Shown here piece after piece: positions 12,546 through 24,294 of a stretch of 64,000 nucleotides of DNA. The stretch is from Octopus sinensis (Eukaryota): contig NW_021832855.1 of NCBI RefSeq assembly GCF_006345805.1, positions 32,211-96,210 of the forward strand, read 5' to 3'. A program made the translations under genes and the position numbers. How positions within the stretch are numbered: position 1 is the first letter of the stretch; each line of letters begins with the position of its first letter. The notes under the pieces are model-generated. The model worked only from the letters and a program-made list of their open reading frames with translations. It made no database searches and was not told the DNA's origin.

Positions 12546-12802
12546 ATGCTGTTGTTATTTTAAGGCCCACCTTTCCTATGCTCACATAGACCAAACAGAA
12601 TTCGTTGAGCCAGATTTTCTACAGCAGGATGCCCATCCTGTCACCAACCCTCACCTGCTTCCAGGCAAGGTAATATTTCTGGAAGACTGGAAAAGAACAA
12701 CACTGGTTGTATGACAGGGATGCTTGTTTACAATTATCATGAGATGCCACAACAAGGAGACACACAAACACACATGTATATATGTATATATATGCATGTG
12801 TA

Positions 12803-12842
<40 letters not shown>

Positions 12843-13707
12843 ATCATCATCGTTTAATGTCTACTTTCCATGCTGGCATGGGTTGGATGGTTTGACTGAG
12901 GATTGGTGAACCAGATGACTGCACCAGGCTCCAGTCTGATCTGGCAGAGTTTCTACAGCTGTACGCCCTTCCTAACACCAACCAATCTGAGAGTGTAGTG
13001 GGTGCTTTTACGTGCCACCAGCTTGAGGGCCAGTCAGGTGGTTCTGGGAATGACCACACTCAAAAGGTGTTTTTTATGTGTTTTTTACTGCACAGAAGCC
13101 AGTCAGTGGCACTGGCAACACCCATGCTCAAATGTTGTTTATCACGTGCCACCGGCACACACGCTGGTAAGGTGACGCTGACAACAACCATGCTCAAATG
13201 GTGCTTTTTACATGTCTCCGGCACAGGAGTCAATCAGGGGCCCTGGCAACAATCACGCTTGGTTGTGCTTTTAATGTTCCACTGGCATGGGTGCCAATCA
13301 GGCAGTACTGTCAGCCACGTCAGCACTTTTGATTTTGATTTCACTTGCCTCAACAGATCTTTGCAAGCAAAGTTTATTGTCCAATGAATTAGGGGTATTC
13401 ATAAATGGGCTGTTTACACCCACTGGCATAGGCCATGCGCTATGGTCTCACTTGGCTTGTCAGATCTTCTTAAGCACAACATACCTCCAAAGGTCTCGGT
13501 CACTAGTCATTGCTTCAGTAAGGCCCAATATATAGAAGTAAATATATGGTACAACAAAGTACCGATATTTACTGGAAAATAGCGAACGTAATAATTACGG
13601 GCTATTCTTTACTGGAAAGCAATACTCTCGTATTGCATTACTATTTTTATATATATATATATGTATGTATATACATACACACACACATATTTAATTTCCA
13701 CATACAT

Positions 13708-13745
<38 letters not shown>

Positions 13746-14149
13746 CACACACACACATACATACATACTACAGTTCCAATCCCTCACTGGAACTGTAAAA
13801 ATCTGTAAAACTTTCCAGAAGTTCATCATTTAAATATATATGAGCATGCCTGGATATGCAACTATATGCATGAGAATACATACATACAAACATACAGATC
13901 TGCACATGCACAAACACACACACACACACACACACGCACATGCACACGCACACACACACACACATACAAAAACACCTTGATGTTGATGTTGAAATTCCAA
14001 TGAAGGAGCCTTTGATTTAGGTTAGAAACCAGTTCTTCTATTGGCAAGAAATTGTGCAATAAACTGAATAATGACAGACATACAGACATATATACATACA
14101 TGTATATATATGCATGTATGTATATAGTTCACATACAGTTAGTGACTCT

Positions 14150-14488
14150 GCAAAGAAAAAGGCCTGGAAGTGCCGCTATGAAAGGCTACTAAATGTAGAG
14201 AACTGATGGGAGAAGGAGAGTCTGCCTAATGTGGAACCAAGAGAGGGACCAGCAACCTGAATAGACAGTAGCATAGTAGGAAAGACCCCCAGCCCCTCAG
14301 GGGTCATTGTTGAGATGCATGAAATATTGAGCAGTGCAGGTTATGATCTAATCATCCGAACAGTTAATCGGATTGTCCACAAAAGAATCAGCAGCATTGT
14401 AGTCAACTGCTACAAAAGGTAAAGGTGGTGCTTTAGACAGAAATAATTACAGAGGCATCAAACTGTTGGACCAGGTGATGGAAGTTAC
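14150..14488 (+). mobile_element. RTE-type LINE fragment (start of RT domain)
   Basis: Manual translation gives AWKCRYERLLNVEN and KGGALDRNNYRGIKLLDQVMEVTERV with intervening stops. Confidence 0.75.
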
Positions 14489-15150
14489 AGAGAGGGTCAT
14501 CATCATCATCATCATCATCATCATCGTTTAACGTCCGTTTTCCATGCTAGCATGGGTTGGATGGTTTGACTGGGGTCTGGAAAGCCAGGAGGCTGCACCA
14601 GTCCCTAGTCTGATCTAGCAATGTTTCTACAGCTGGATGCCCTTCCTAATGCCAACCACTTCGTGTGTGTAGTGGGTGCTTTTTATGTGCCACCGACACA
14701 GGTGCCAGGCGAGGCTGGCAATAGCCACAATCGGTTGGTGCTTTTTACATGCCACCAAAGCCAGTCGAGAGTGTAGTGGGTGCTTTTTACGTGCCACTGG
14801 CACAGGGGTCAGTCAGGCAGTATTGGCAATGACCTCGCTCGAATCTTTTTACACATGCCACTGGCACATGTGCCAGTAAGGCAATGCTGGTAATGATCAC
14901 GCTTGAATGGTGTCTTTTACGTGCCATTGGCACAGAAACCCATTAGCCGCTCTGGCAACGATCACTCTCGGATGGTGCTCTTGGCACCCTACTAGCATGG
15001 GTACAAGTGCCAGTAAGGTGACGCTGGTAATGATCACGCTCGAGTGGTGCCTTTTAAGTGCCACTGGCATAGAAGCCGGTTAGCCGCTCTGTCAATGATC
15101 ACACTCGTATGGTGCTCTTAGCGCTCCACTAGCACGGACGCCAATCATCG
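14488..15150 (-). mobile_element. (GAT)n-tailed retroposon copy with expanded subrepeats
   Basis: (atc)n tail at left; serial ggtgct(t)tttacgtgccactggcac modules. Confidence 0.85.
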
Positions 15151-15599
15151 AATTTGATTGATTTGTATGTATGTCTCTATGTTTGTGCTGTTCTCCAGCC
15201 CACAAACACTTGGCAACCAGTGTTGGTTTGTTCACATCCCCAAAACTTAGTAGTTAGGCAATCAAATGTCAATATTAGAGTGTGTGATTTGAGGAACTTC
15301 AACTGCTATTTCTAACAAATCCACCGACCACATAGAGGCTCATCTAAGATGTTGCCCTCCAACAGAGCTGTCAGTCAATATCGAGTGATTAATTAATTAA
15401 TAACAAAGTGACAAAAAGTGGATTGTGTTATTATGGGGATGGGAGGGGGGAAGAACCTCCCACTAATTAATGACCTCAGCTGACCTGACACAACCTAATG
15501 ACCTATTTTTTGACAGGTCAACAGTCTCTTAGATCTGCAGAGGTGGTTTTATAACAGATTCTTTCAGAAAATCTTCACCCTTGTTATTAAGAAGATAGC

Positions 15600-15643
15600 T
15601 GTTGCTGCTGCTGCTGCTGCTACTACTACTACTACTACTACTA

Positions 15644-15687
<44 letters not shown>

Positions 15688-15690
15688 TTA
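15600..15690. repeat. (GCT)n(ACT)n microsatellite
   Basis: Directly visible. Confidence 0.95.
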
Positions 15691-15763
15691 ATGGACTCCT
15701 GCTGAAAACGACATATGAGCATTAAGTTTTTTTGCCAAACGACCTACACAAATGATTTGCTTA

Positions 15764-16382
15764 TACTCTCTTTCCTTGTTTCAGTCATTTGACTGTGGTC
15801 ATGCTGGAGCAACACCTTTAGTCGAGCAAATCGACCCCAGGACTTATTCTTTGTAAGCCTAGTACTTATTCTATCAGTCTCTTTTGCCCAACCACTAAGT
15901 TACAGGGACGTAAACACACCAGCATCGGTTGTTAAGCGATGTTGTGGGGACAAACACAGACACACAAACATATATATACATATATACGACGGGCTTCTTT
16001 CAGTTTCCTTCTACCAAATCCACTCACAAGGCTTTGGTCGGCCCGAGTCTATAGTAGAAGACACAGAAACGGTAGCAAGCTGGGCGAAATGCGTAGCCAT
16101 ATTTCGTCTGCTGTTATGTTCTGGGTTCAAATTCCGCCAAGGTCGATTTTGCCTTTCATCCTTTTGGAGTCAATAAATTAAGTACCAGTTACACACTGGG
16201 GTCGATGTAATCGACTTAATCCGTTTTTCTGTCCTTGTTTGTCCCGTCTGTGTTTAGACCCTTGTGGGTAGTAAAGAAATATATAGTAGAAGACACTTGC
16301 CCAAGGTGCCAGGCAGTGGGACTGAACCTGGAACCCTGTGGTTGGTAAGCAAGCTACTTACCACACAGCCACTCCTATGCCT
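15764..16382 (-). mobile_element. Dominant SINE copy with nested SINE insertion
   Basis: Match is continuous after removing 16065-16296. Confidence 0.88.
16065..16281 (+). mobile_element. Single copy of that SINE inserted into another SINE
   Basis: 15-bp TSD TATAGTAGAAGACAC at 16050-16064 and 16282-16296; B-box-like GGTTCAAATTCC. Confidence 0.9.
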
Positions 16383-16821
16383 ATAGTGATTAAATGTTCA
16401 TGCTGTACATTAGCTCACTCCTTCAATCAAATCGATGTTGTCTGGACAGGTGCACAAGTGTACCACGCATCAGGTGTCCAAGTGATCACAGAGGAACGTG
16501 AGACAAAGTGTTTTGCTCAAGAGCTCAATGCACCACCCAGTCTAGGAACTGAAACCACAACCTTGCAATCGTGAGTGCAACACCAGGCCTTCGACTTTTG
16601 GTACAAGGCCAGCAAGTTCGGAGGATGGGGAGTAAGTCGATTACATCAATCACAGTACTCAACTGGTAATTAATTAATCAACCCCAAAAGAATGGAAGGC
16701 AAAGATGACCACAGTGGGATTTGAACTCAGAACATAAAGAGCCAGGAGAAAGCATTTTGCCTGGTGTGCTAACAATCCTGCCAGCTTGCAGTCTATTTTT
16801 AATAACACTGTGTAATAACTA

Positions 16822-16914
16822 CGTGGCACCTTGGCCAAGTGTCTTCTACTATAGCCTCAGGCCGACCAAAACCTTGTGAGTGGATTTGGTAGACAGAAAC
16901 TGAAAGAAGCCCGT

Positions 16915-16965
<51 letters not shown>

Positions 16966-17180
16966 GTGTCTGTGTTTGTCCCCTTAGCATTGCTTGACAA
17001 CCGATGCTGGTGTGTTTATGTCCCCGTTACTTAGCAGTTCAGCAAAAAAGAGACTGATAGAATAAGTACTGGGCTTACAAAAGAATAAGTCTCGGGGTCG
17101 ATTTGCTCGATTAAAGGCGGTGCTCCAGCATAGCCACAGTCAAATGACTGAAACAAGTAAAAACAGTAAAAAGAGAGAGT
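16822..17180 (+). mobile_element. Dominant SINE copy, 5-prime truncated
   Basis: Starts at cgtggcaccttgg. Confidence 0.85.
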
Positions 17181-17357
17181 AACATTTTTATTTTTATTCC
17201 TTTTGTCAGAGTTATTTACCATTTGTTTCTATCCAGAAAGCAAAGAAAATGACTACTAACCCTTCAAACTTTGCTTTTGTTCCTTGGAAACTAACCAATT
17301 TTCTATCACATTTCACACAGATTCAGCACCAAGTTGCTGAAACAGGAATATCGTTAG

Positions 17358-18085
17358 AGCAAATATTCTGCTCAATATCACAGATTTATTTATCAGTTGT
17401 TTGACCTTAACCACTTGAGCATGTCCCTTGGTGGCTGACAATACGTTATAGCAAATATTCTGCTCAATACCACAGATTTGTTTCTCAGTTGCTTGACCTT
17501 AACCTCTTGAGCATGTCCCTTGGTGGCTGACAATACGTTATAGCAAATATTCTGCTCAATAGCACAGGTTTGCTTGTCAGTTGATTGACCTTAACCACTT
17601 GAGCATGTCCCTTAGTGGCTGACAATACGTTATAGCAAATATTCTGCTCAATAGCACAGGTTTGCTTGTCAGTTGCTTGACCTTAACCACTTGAGCATGT
17701 CCCTTAGTGGCTGACAATACGTTATAGCAAATATTCTGCTCAATAGCACAGGTTTGCTTGTCAGTTGATTGACCTTAACCACTTGAGCATGTCCCTTAGT
17801 GGCTGACAATACGTTATAGCAAATATTCTGCTCAATAGCACAGGTTTGCTTGTCAGTTGATTGACCTTAACCACTTGAGCATGTCCCTTAGTGGCTGACA
17901 ATACGTTATAGCAAATATTCTGCTCAATAGCACAGGTTTGCTTGTCAGTTGATTGACCTTAACCACTTGAGCATGTCCCTTAGTGGCTGACAATACGTTA
18001 TAGCAAATATTCTGCTCAATAGCACAGGTTTGCTTGTCAGTTGATTGACCTTAACCAGTTGAGCATGTCCCTTAGTGGCTGATAA
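17358..18085. repeat. 92-bp minisatellite, 8 units, derived from the 7638-8186 element
   Basis: agcaaatattctgctcaat at 17358, 17450, 17542, 17634, 17726, 17818, 17910, 18002; the last unit runs into the normal continuation of the element to about 18162. Confidence 0.95.
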
Positions 18086-18213
18086 TATGTGCATCTCTGA
18101 TCATAAGCAGGAGTCCTGGGAGAGCATTATAGCCATGTGTTGAGAGGGATTCTTTGGGGTTGAACCGATATAACAAAAGCAAAATTTGAAGAAAATATTA
18201 GCCTCTTTTCATA

Positions 18214-18412
18214 CTTTAATTTAATTTAATTTAATTTAATTTTTATTGGCTCAAAAAGTAGAAGCAAGGCCATGTAGGGAGACAGGGAGTTATGTACAGG
18301 GAGGATGGTCATACAAAGAGTTCAGGCCATTTCCGGTCAAGAGAGACTTTGAACCGAGCGGTCGTCGGTATCTTCACTATCTCGTCCGGCAGCTTATTCC
18401 TTATACTTTCTA
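18214..18412 (-). mobile_element. CR1/L2-type LINE 3-prime end with (ATTAA)n tail
   Basis: Minus strand reads NKLPDEIVKIPTTARFKVSLDRKWPELFV* then a short UTR, AATAAA and an (attaa)n tail. Confidence 0.75.
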
Positions 18413-18734
18413 GGGTTAAGCAAATAGGAAATAACAGCTGCTACCCAAGGACAAAACCCTTGTAATAAAGAGAAATTCAAAACACAGACATGAAAATCAG
18501 CATGTGACTTATCTAACAAACCTTGTTTTCAGTTTGATATCCATGACATGCATTAACACACTAACACATTGCTAAATAATTAAGTATTAAGGGTCAGTTG
18601 GTCAGACCATTATTTAACCCTTTACTGTTCAAACCAGACACAAAGTCCCACCAGACACAAAGCAAGACTTTTTTAGGGTGGAGACCTGCTTTTGGAGTGG
18701 CTAAGGTGGCTCATGTTGCTTACTCCAGGATTGA

Positions 18735-19216
18735 TTTCTCTGAACATTTCAGTAGATAATCCATTTCTCATCACCTGTCACAATTTGCTATAAAAACGGT
18801 GCGTTTTCATTCCATTTATAAAGATGGAAATGCGATCCAAAAGGTTCTTCTCACTCAACTCATGTGGTACCCAAACATCGTAGTGATTGGTGTACCCAAG
18901 CTTTACCAGGTGCTCATGAATGACGGACTTTGATAGGTTGTGGCTTTCTGCCAATTCTCAGGTTGTGCAATGTAGGTTATTCTCAATTAATGACTTGATT
19001 TGGTCATCATCTGTAGTGGATGGTCTGCCGGATCACTCTTTATCAATAAGGCTACAATCTCCAGCTTGGAACCTTGCAAACCACTTCCGTACACTTCTTT
19101 CAGATAAAGAAACATCACCGTGAACTGCGCATATTTCTTTACTTGCTTGTGAGGCATTTTTCCCTTTACGGAAAAAGAAAAGCATCAAGCCAAAAATGAA
19201 CTTTCTTATCTTCCAT
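18735..19216 (-). pseudogene. Mariner (Tc1/mariner) transposase N-terminal fragment
   Basis: Minus-strand translation with frameshifts/stops: KGKNASQASKEICAVHG, SVRKWFARFQAG, SGRP, VWVPHELSEKN, IVTGDEKW. Confidence 0.88.
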
Positions 19217-19492
19217 TTTATAACACAGGTTATAGGAACATAAACCTTCTTCCACGAAAAGATATCTGGCTCAAATATTCCAGCTGCTTTATGTTCAAAC
19301 TAGCAAGATTCAGCCCTTTGTACCAATCCTACAACATTCTAAAACTAAGCAAACACACCAAATTTCAGAGCTACAAGATAATGTAGGATTAATTCAAAGC
19401 AATACGAAGAAATAAGCTTTACATTTGACAGAGTAATCTGAATGCTAAAGGGTTGATTTATACAAAAATCGGTGTTGAAAAATAAATATATA

Positions 19493-19902
19493 GGTGTAGG
19501 AGTGGCTGTGTGGTAAGTAACTTGTTTACGAACCACATGGTTCCGGGTTCAGTCCCACTGCGTGGCACCTTGGGCAAGTGTCTTCTACTATAGCCTCGGG
19601 CCGACCAAAGCCTTGTGAGTGGATTTGGTAGACGGAAACTGAAAGAAGCCTGTCGTATATATGTATATATATATATGTGTGTGTATATATATATGTTTGT
19701 ATGTCTGTGTTTGTCTCCCCCAACATCGCTTGACAACCGATGCTGGTGTGTTTATGTCACCGTAACTTAGCGGTTCAGCAAAAGTGACCGATAGAATAAG
19801 TACTAGGCTTACAAAGAATAAGTCCTGGGGGTTGATTTGCTCGACTAAAGGCGGTGCTCCAGCATGGCCACAGTCAAATGACTGACACAAGTAAAAGAGT
19901 AA
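19493..19902 (+). mobile_element. Dominant SINE copy
   Basis: Full-length match. Confidence 0.9.
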
Positions 19903-20259
19903 AATAGTAATATATTGATGACTCATACATAAATATACTGAAATATTGCTTATGTAAGCAGAATTCTATTGTGTCTCAAAACAAATGAACCTGGGTCATT
20001 CTATTTACATCTACTTTGTCATGCTTGCATAAGTTAAACAAAATTCATTGGGGCAGATTTTATTTTACGGCCGGAAGTCCCTCTCGTCACAAAACCTCAC
20101 TTGTTTCCAAGCCAGGAAACAGTTCCACATCACTGGACATGTTTACATGTTCAGCTGAAGGAGAAAGAGGTAAACTAGGACATCAAATTGAGGATATCGG
20201 AGAGATGCAAGTTTTACTTCAACAACAACAGGCATGGATTGAGTTTACTGAGGAAAATA

Positions 20260-20434
20260 GGCATAGGAGTGGTTGTGTGGTAAGTAGCTTGCTTACCAAC
20301 CACATGGTCCCGGGTTCAGTCCGACTGCGTGGCACCTTGGGCAAGTGTCTTCTACTATAGCCTTGGGCCGACCAAAGCCTTGTGAGTGGATTTGTTAGAC
20401 GGAAACTGAAAGAAGCCTGCCGTATATATGTATG

Positions 20435-20492
<58 letters not shown>

Positions 20493-20787
20493 GAAATATT
20501 AAAATTACTAAGTCTCTCTAAAAGAGATTACGGCAGCGTTACTGGAAATTAATTGTTATCGCCATATTAATATAGCAGTCTTATAGATATAAGACTAAAA
20601 GCTGTCGCTGATTAGCTCCATGAGGCCATCGCCTTAAGATAGCTATTTGACACACAAACTGTGTGTCAAAGTGTGTCAAATAGCTATCTTAAGGCGATGG
20701 CCTCATGGAGCTAATCAGCGACAGCTTTTAGTCTTATATCTATAAGACTGCCATATTAATATGGCAATAACAATTAATTTATATATA

Positions 20788-20832
<45 letters not shown>

Positions 20833-21022
20833 CGTTTGTGTGTCTGCGTTTGTCCTCCCAACATCGCTTGACAACCGATGCTGGTATGTTTACGTCCCCG
20901 TAACTTAGCAGTTCGGCAAAAGAGACCGATAGAATAAGTACTAGTCCAGGGGTCGATTTACTCGACTAAAGGCGATGCTCCAGCATGGCCACAGTCAGAT
21001 GGCTGAAACAAGTAAAAGAGTA
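20260..21022 (+). mobile_element. Dominant SINE copy with palindrome inserted in its TA tract
   Basis: Head 20260 to about 20430, tail about 20830-21022. Confidence 0.88.
20546..20780. repeat. 110-bp-arm near-perfect palindrome inside the TA tract of a SINE
   Basis: Arms 20546-20655 and 20671-20780, 2 mismatches, 15-nt spacer. Confidence 0.95.
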
Positions 21023-21552
21023 ACACTTAGGAGCTGCCTAATGTCCAGAATGTCCCTACATACCAACTAAATATCAAATTGGAAAATTTACACTCTCCTT
21101 ACACAAGCAAAAATATATTCTAAGATACTGGTCCAGGATACCATAGGGGAGTAGATACCAATACTCTCTCTCTTTCTTTCTCCCCAATACTTCTTGCTAT
21201 TAACCCTTTGTGGAAATCAGTCATCCATTTAATATTTCTGTTCTTTCTTTTTTCCATTTTCCTCTCGCCATCTCATAATTTTATAAAAATCACCAATACT
21301 AATTAGTATTTTGTACACACCAAGAATAACTTTCTACTAACATTTGAGCATACATTATCGCTAACCTTTATAACTGTTTGACTATCAATCAAAATTTTGA
21401 ACAGACACACTTGGTAATATTCATATCATCATCATCATAGTTTAACGTCGCTTTCCATGCTAGCATGGGTTAGACGATTTGACTGAGGTCTGGCGAACCA
21501 GATGGCTGCACCAGGCTCCAATCTGATCTGGCAGAGTTTCTACAGCTGGATG

Positions 21553-21837
21553 TTTTGCTTTTGTTTGTTCCTTCTCGAGCCATGCCTGGTTCATAAGGGC
21601 CGGTTTCCCGGTTTCCTTGGCATATAGGATCCCCCACCTGGACAGGATGCCTGGAGGAAAGAGTGAGAGAAAGTTGTGGCGAAAGAGTCAGCAGAAGTTC
21701 GCAATTACTTTCTGCCGGAGCCGCGTGGAGTTTAGGTGTTTCGCTCATAAACACACACATCACCCGGTCTGAGATTCAAACCCACGATCTCAGACCCGTG
21801 AGTCCACTGCTCTAACCACTAGGCTATGTGCCTCCAC
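21553..21837 (-). mobile_element. tRNA-derived SINE (GTGGAGGCACAT... head) inserted into a (GAT)n-tailed element
   Basis: 13-bp TSD CTACAGCT(G/C)GATG at 21540-21552 and 21838-21850; A-box TGGCCTAGTGG-like and B-box GGTTTGAATC. Confidence 0.88.
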
Positions 21838-22699
21838 CTACAGCTCGATGCCCTTCTTAACACCAATCATTCCGACAGTTTAATGAGTGCTTTTACGTGC
21901 CACCTGCACGAGGCCAGTCAGGCAGTATTGACAACGGCCATGCTCAAATGGTGCTTTTTATGTGCCACCTGCATAGGGGCCAGTCCAGCGGCACTGGCAA
22001 CGACCCCGCTCGAATGTTTTTTTTTCACATTTTTTTCTGTTTGACTATTATTTATACAACTACTTTTCATTAATAACCACATCAACCCATCTTTAACAAC
22101 AAAACAAGGTGTGATATGCACACATATTTCTATATTTATATTTTTTATATCTTCTTTTTATACATATATTCATGTTGATTATTTAATTTAATTATTTATA
22201 TTAAATTACTCATCCATTACACCTATATTTAGTTTACCTTTAAAGCAATCAACCATAATACCTAACCTGTTTTAAACATCATGAGCAACCTTCTACCAAC
22301 ATTTGAGCATACACAATTGCTAAATTTCATAACTATTTGATTTAATCTAACACATACATCAGGTTGACTATTATTCAGAAAACTACCTTTAATTAATAAC
22401 TATATTAACACTTCCTTAACAACAAAAACACATTCCTGATATGCACTCACATATATACAATGGGCTACTTTCAGTTTCTGTTTACCAAATCCATTCACAA
22501 GGCTTTGGTGGCCTGAGGCTATAGTAGAAGACGCTTGCCCAAGGTGCCATGCAGTGGGACTGAACCCGGAACCATGTGGTTCGTAAGCAAGCTACTTAAC
22601 ACACAGCCACCCCTTGTACATATAATATATATGTATGTGTTTATGTATGTATGTATGTATGTGTATATGTGTTGTGCCTGTATTGACACGAATTTCTTG

Positions 22700-22732
<33 letters not shown>

Positions 22733-22758
22733 TTTATTTAAAGCAGCAGAAAATTCAA

Positions 22759-22808
22759 CAAAACCTGTTACTCTGAGTTTCCCGTTGCCGTTCATCGGAC
22801 AGGTTTTG
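22759..22808 (-). ncRNA. Type I hammerhead ribozyme motif (U4C core variant)
   Basis: CAAAACCUGU-CCGAUGA-ACGGCAACGG-GAAAC-UCAGA-GUA-ACAGGUUUUG: perfect 10-bp stem I, short stem II, palindromic stem III (ACUC-A-GAGU), GUA cleavage triplet. Confidence 0.75.
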
Positions 22809-22845
22809 CTAGAATGGACCCAATGACATATCGGTTCCATTCTAG

Positions 22846-22895
22846 CAAAAACTGTCCGATGAACGGCAACGGGAAACTCAGAGTAACAGGTTTTG
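22846..22895 (+). ncRNA. Type I hammerhead ribozyme motif (inverted partner)
   Basis: Same motif, stem I 9/10; predicted cleavage after 22885. Confidence 0.72.
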
Positions 22896-23043
22896 TTGAA
22901 TTTTCTGCTGCTTTAAATAAAGCATATTACTCTACCACTGGTATTTGAGTACTCTTTTTACCACCTGTTTCACATTTATGTGTTTACTCCGGTATATATA
23001 TATATATATATATATACTTTATTTAAAGCAGCAGAAAATTCAA

Positions 23044-23092
23044 CAAAACCTGTTACTCTGAGTTTCCGTTGCCGTTCATCGGACAGGTTTTG
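23044..23092 (-). ncRNA. Type I hammerhead ribozyme motif (second unit)
   Basis: As 22759-22808 with one G fewer before GAAAC. Confidence 0.7.
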
Positions 23093-23129
23093 CTAGAATG
23101 GACCCAATGACATATCGGTTCCATTCTAG

Positions 23130-23179
23130 CAAAAACTGTCCGATGAACGGCAACGGGAAACTCAGAGTAACAGGTTTTG
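23130..23179 (+). ncRNA. Type I hammerhead ribozyme motif (second unit, inverted partner)
   Basis: Identical to 22846-22895; predicted cleavage after 23169. Confidence 0.72.
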
Positions 23180-23286
23180 TTGAATTTTCTGCTGCTTTAA
23201 ATAAAGCATATTACTCTACCACTGGTATTTGAGTACTCTTTTTACCACCTTGTTTCACATTATGTGTTTACTCCGGTATATATATA

Positions 23287-23341
<55 letters not shown>

Positions 23342-24294
23342 TACATATATATGTATATATATATATATATATTTACATATAAATAAATATATATATATGT
23401 GGTTTCGGGTTCAGTCCCACTGCGTGGCACTTTGGGTAGGTGTCTTCCACTATAGCCCCGAGCTCACGGAGCTTTGTGATTGAATTCGGTAGGTGGAAGT
23501 TACTGCCGTGTGTGTATATGTGCGTGTAGGTGCTTGTGCCTCTCCGAAAGAGAGAGAGAGGGATATATACACATATATATATATATACATATATATATAG
23601 AGAGAGGGATACATATATATATATATATATATATATTTACATATAAATAAATATATATATATATACACATATATATATATACATACATATATATATATGT
23701 GAATACATAAGTGTGTATGAGTATATTACTTATCTATCTAATTATTTATTTAAACTTATATATTTATATGTCACTACACTCACGGAGTGGTTGGCGTTAG
23801 GAAGAGCATCCAGCTGTAGAAACATTGCCAGATTAGACTGGAGCCTGGTGCAGCCTTCTGGCTTCCCAGAACCCCGGTCGAACCGTCCAACCCATGCTAG
23901 CATGGAGAACCGACGTTAAACGACGATGATGATGATGATGATGTGTGCGTATGTATGCATCTATGTGTGCAGTTTCCTATTTGATTATTATCTTTACTAG
24001 TCACAATTGTACAAATAAGTACAAGTGTACATGTGCATATGTGTGTGCAAGCAGTAATATGTATATATTTGTGTATGAGTAGTAAGTATTAAATTAAATT
24101 AAATTAAAATTCTTTTATATGGTGGGATGAAGGGAACTACTATCTCTAAATAAAAAATACATATTTCCTCATTTAGAATAATTTGAACCCCTGTGATGCC
24201 AGGATTTTTATTCCCTGATAAATAAAATAAAATATATTTGTGTATGTATATGTATGTACATTAGTATATGCGATTCAAATCAATTCTAACCAAT

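Larger units (their letters stand above)
22732..23276. mobile_element. Tandem dimer of 261-bp Penelope-like pseudo-LTR-type units in a TA microsatellite
   Basis: Units 22732-22992 and 23017-23276 are near-identical and separated by (TA)n; each is an 87-bp-arm hairpin plus a 70-bp tail. Penelope assignment is inferred from the hammerhead type and TA context. Confidence 0.65.

Noticed and set aside
12196-12594. Poly-Met/poly-Ile ORFs (also poly-His and poly-Met at 31104-31775)
   Set aside because: Translations of (CAT)n/(GAT)n microsatellites; no coding context.
17358-18085. CRISPR-like regular array
   Set aside because: Whole units are repeated with no unique spacers; eukaryotic minisatellite.
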